Assembly: GCA_013239625.1 (NCBI GenBank)
Contig: MU054323.1
Coordinates: 12,407,694-12,471,693 of the forward strand
Direction: 5' to 3'
DNA: 64,000 nucleotides
Source: Lama guanicoe
Lineage: Eukaryota
Within the stretch, counting starts at the first letter, position 1, and each line of letters opens with the position of its first letter. Position numbers and translations under genes: made by a program. Shown one piece after another: positions 60,396 to 64,000 of this stretch. The notes under the pieces are model-generated. The model searched no databases. It was not told where the DNA came from and saw only the letters and a list, made by a program, of their open reading frames with translations.

Positions 60396-63200
60396 GCCTG
60401 CAGAACATTTCCCTTTCCAAGAGAAAAACACACCATCTTCAATGAATAGTTATCAGCTACAGAAACTCAGCCTAAGTTTACAGGACTTTTCAGAGTCTTA
60501 AAATTTTTTGTGCACCCCGAAGATGAACCATAAAATAAATTTAAATAAAGTATAAAATGCAATTGGAATATTTTGTTTAAGGCCTTCTTGCCTTGATGGT
60601 CATGGTTATCCCGATGAGCACTGTAAGTTAGAGAACAACGAAAACTGACACTAGTCTTCTTTACCACTGTAATCATAATGTAAATAGTAATTTGTATGTT
60701 ATGTTACAGATGAAAGTATTCCAGAGACAGTGAATGATAGAAGACACAAGAGCCTTTGGTTGTTTGTCTTATGATGTGTTTCTTAAAGTAGTAATTTTTC
60801 CTTTTTTCCTTTCCTACTGTTCTCCTTACTACAGGTGATGGGTGATTAGGATGCCAAACACTGTCGTGTTTTTTTTTTTTCTTTTTTCCTTTTTACAAAT
60901 CGTGTGCCAAATGAAACTTTTTCCTACCTAACACTAGTAGGAAAAAGTTTTTTGAAGGTTTTTTTCTTCTTCATAAATCTATAAACATTAAATAATGTGT
61001 TCTTTTCACTTTTTGTTTTTCTGTTACCTTTCTACCAAACAATTTAGAAAGCAATATGATAGCAACAAATCTAGTGAAACGGAATTTTGAAGTTTTGAGA
61101 CACTCTGTCATACAACATGTAGATCAATCCTCATGTGACGTGCAGTATTTTTTTTTCAAATATATTTGTCAGAAATCTACTGTAGACTGTTAACTTATTC
61201 CTAGTGGAATTTATTTTCTGCTAGAGTTATTCTCATATTTAAGAAAGCCAATTTTAACTGCTGTAAAAGTGGTTCCTGTGCAAGAGAAGGGAAGTACTGG
61301 GAGCTAAGGCATTTCTAATTTATTGCTTATTACTTTCTTACTGTTTACAAGATAATTATAAGCCAGTGGATCTACCATCTTTTATTAATAATTATTAATC
61401 CCTCCAATGAAACTTTAAAAAAGTACTGAATTTTTATACATTGCATACATTTTATAGGTTTCTTGTGCTCACTTTGTTAACTAAAAACTTTCAGTCTGTT
61501 AATCTGCCTTTTGTTCCCCAGAAATGTACAGTAATTCCGTTCCTTGTTTGTATAAGTATGCCTGGATTTTTATTATAAAAATGTCATTGTAGGAAGTAGA
61601 GACTCATATCATGGCCTTTTAAATATTGTAATAAAGGCAAATGGATATTTGCCCTTAGCTTTCTGGTTAAAAGTTTGTTTACAGAAATTTTCTTTGGTGC
61701 TTTTACGTAAAATGTCATAAGTGGAAAGTATAGTTTAATAGTAGTAACAAATATTTTTCACTTAGGAAAAATACCTTTGGTTTTGAGAGAACACATTACA
61801 GTTAAAAACTTGCCCCCACTAGATAAGAATTTTGTAATGAAGACATATTCTTTTTAACTTTACTCTTTCTCACCTTAAAGATTTATCTAAATATAGAAGA
61901 TGAATGGTTTCTTAAGATCATGTGTTATTTATAGCCATAACTTAAATCATGTTTCTTCTAATAATAGAATTCCCTGGATAATAAAAATAAGGATTGAGAT
62001 AAATAGAAGTTTTTGAGCCAGAACCATGCATATTTTACTACATGAGTAGTATCTTTTAAAGGCCTCAAACATTAAAAGCATCAATTATAAAATATTGACA
62101 ATGAAAGATGATAAAATATACATGATGACAAGAATTAGGAACATCCTAAATTAAAACATTTTCAATAAATCTCAAATTTCATTTAGAAAAGGATTAATAT
62201 TGATACTTAGAGAACTGGTTAATCAATCATCTTAAAGATCCGTGTGCTTCAAGCTCAACTTTTAAAATGTAAACTCTAAAATTATAATTTTATCTATAAT
62301 AATTGAATGTAGCTCACTTTTTATTTGGGAAGTTTTAGATAACAAAATCTCCAAATGTTAAACGATGGAAAAGTCAAATTAATATTGTCATAAACTTTGA
62401 GTCAGAAAATTATATTACTGTATGAATATCCATCCATGTGTTTCCCGATCAAGTCTGAAGTTGAGCTTAGCGCTGGAGAACTGTTTTCTTTGACTAGTGT
62501 GCCTGTTTTATTTTAAGTTTTTTTTTCTTTCATAGAAAGGCCATAAAAATAGCATATTATATAGTAGGAAGTGTAGGGGTTGGTTTGGTCTTTTTCAATA
62601 AAGATAGAAGTTGCTGAGGTTTTCCAAACTAATATTAGACTTAGATTTTGACCTTGTAGATTTTGCACTGAGCTGTGTCACGTTATTTCGTAGAACGTAA
62701 TGTTTAAACGTTAGTGTGCTCTTCATGTTAATATGGCAGAGTTTTGTAAACTAAATTAAAACGTATTGATGTACTGGACTTTGAGTCAAGGGAAAGAATC
62801 AATACCATCTTTTCAAATATCTTAAGGGTAAAAGCTTATTCTAAGTCTGCCAGTTGAGGTTATTAGATTTGTGACTGCATATATGCTTTGTGCTTGGGAA
62901 GAATTAGAGGAAAAGAAGGTACTAGAATTCTAATTTAAGTAAATATACAGCAGTCTTTGTTTATAGTGTAAAATTCATTATATTTTGTACAAAAACTAAT
63001 TCTTTTGGTAGAATGAACCATTTACAGTTTGTTTTTGGACTCTGAGTCGAAGGATTTTCCTTTAAATGGTTGTCTCAGTTCTACTCTGGTCTTTTGTACT
63101 TTTCTTCAGAAGAAATGAATTAAAAGGTTCAGCTACATTAAGTGAGTTTTTATCCTAATGGATTGGAAATAAATTATAAACTTTATTTTGCCTTTGATTT
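60396..63200 (+). other. SPAST: SPAST 3'UTR (approximate end)
   Basis: AT-rich stretch with no recognisable interspersed repeats after the stop codon. It contains several AATAAA hexamers and ends where L1/LTR sequence begins. Confidence 0.75.
63168..63173 (+). terminator. Candidate distal polyadenylation signal of SPAST
   Basis: AATAAA with upstream TGTA elements and a strongly T/GT-rich downstream region. Confidence 0.6.
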
Positions 63201-63214
63201 TTTTTTTATCTGAA

Positions 63215-63335
63215 ACTTTGTCTTTTTGTTTTATTTGTGGTTCCCTTTGTAAAAGCTTATAAGTTAGATTAGGTCTCATATGTTTATTTTTGCTTTTATT
63301 TCTATTACTTTGGGAAACTGACCTAAGAAAAAGCA
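63215..63335 (-). mobile_element. Internal L1 ORF2 fragment (antisense)
   Basis: aaaagcttataagttagattaggtctcatatgtttatttttgcttttatttctattactttgggaaactgacctaagaaaa. Confidence 0.65.
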
Positions 63336-63357
63336 ACACCCCACTTTTGGTACCAGA

Positions 63358-63710
63358 ATCTTATCCTGTGTGGGTTGCCATAACAAAAATAATTTAAGCT
63401 GTGGCTTAAACAACAGAAATTTATTTTCCCAGTTCTGGAGCATGGGAAATCCAAGATCAAGGTGCTGACAATGTGGTTTATGGTGAGAGCTCTCACTGTC
63501 TTGCAAATGGCTGTGTCCTCACATGGCAGAAACAGCAAGCTCTCTGATGTCTCTTCTTATAAGGACAGTAATCCCATCATGAGGATCCCACCACTTTGAC
63601 CTCATCTAACCCTTATTACCTCCCAAAGGCACATATCCGAATACCATCACATTGTGGGGTAGGGTTCCAATATACAAATTTTAAGGGGACACGTTCAGTC
63701 CATAATACTC
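63358..63710. mobile_element. MLT1A/B-like MaLR LTR
   Basis: ggttgccataacaaa...gtggcttaaacaacagaaatttatt...ctcttcttataaggacagtaatcccatcatgagg...ttcagtccataa. Confidence 0.8.
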
Positions 63711-64000
63711 ACTTAAGGAACCAGGGCTCCTTGGTGAAATGGCCAATTCCAGATTTCGGTCAAAGAAAATACCTGATGACCCAGAATATCTTGTGCCAGA
63801 AAAGAAAGTGCTTAAACAAGGAAGAGGATGAATTATTGACTGATTAGAGGAGGTCTCACTGGACAATTTTGAGCATCTAAATAAGTAATTATAGTAATGG
63901 ACTGTAACCCATCAAATAAGAAAGTATGAGCCAATATGAATATATACATGAATGCAAGAATAAATTCAAAATGTGATGAAGAATGAGATATTTACACGGT

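Overview
Mammalian genomic DNA, most likely camelid: it has no Alu elements and carries nine copies of a Vic-1-like tRNA-derived SINE. The window holds the complete 17-exon SPAST (spastin) gene on the + strand. The reconstructed CDS runs 13933..60395 and gives 1851 nt / 616 aa, with all introns GT-AG, followed by a ~2.8 kb 3'UTR. Head-to-head with it, about 10 kb upstream on the - strand, are the first three exons of DPY30. The remainder is intronic or intergenic DNA with L1, L2, MIR, LTR and DNA-transposon relics. I see no evidence of a new gene system, and most ORF-track entries are noise, repeat-derived or exon fragments. The most unusual observation is an antisense L1 fragment ending only 19 nt upstream of the acceptor of exon 8 (the Walker A exon), apparently displacing the original branch point. 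Other items are the overlapping uORF/M1/M87 start architecture, a weak exon-1 donor followed by G-runs, a NAGNAG acceptor, nested and ultra-short retroposon insertions with TSDs, and a perfect 42-bp tandem duplication. Repeat family names and boundaries were judged by eye and are approximate.
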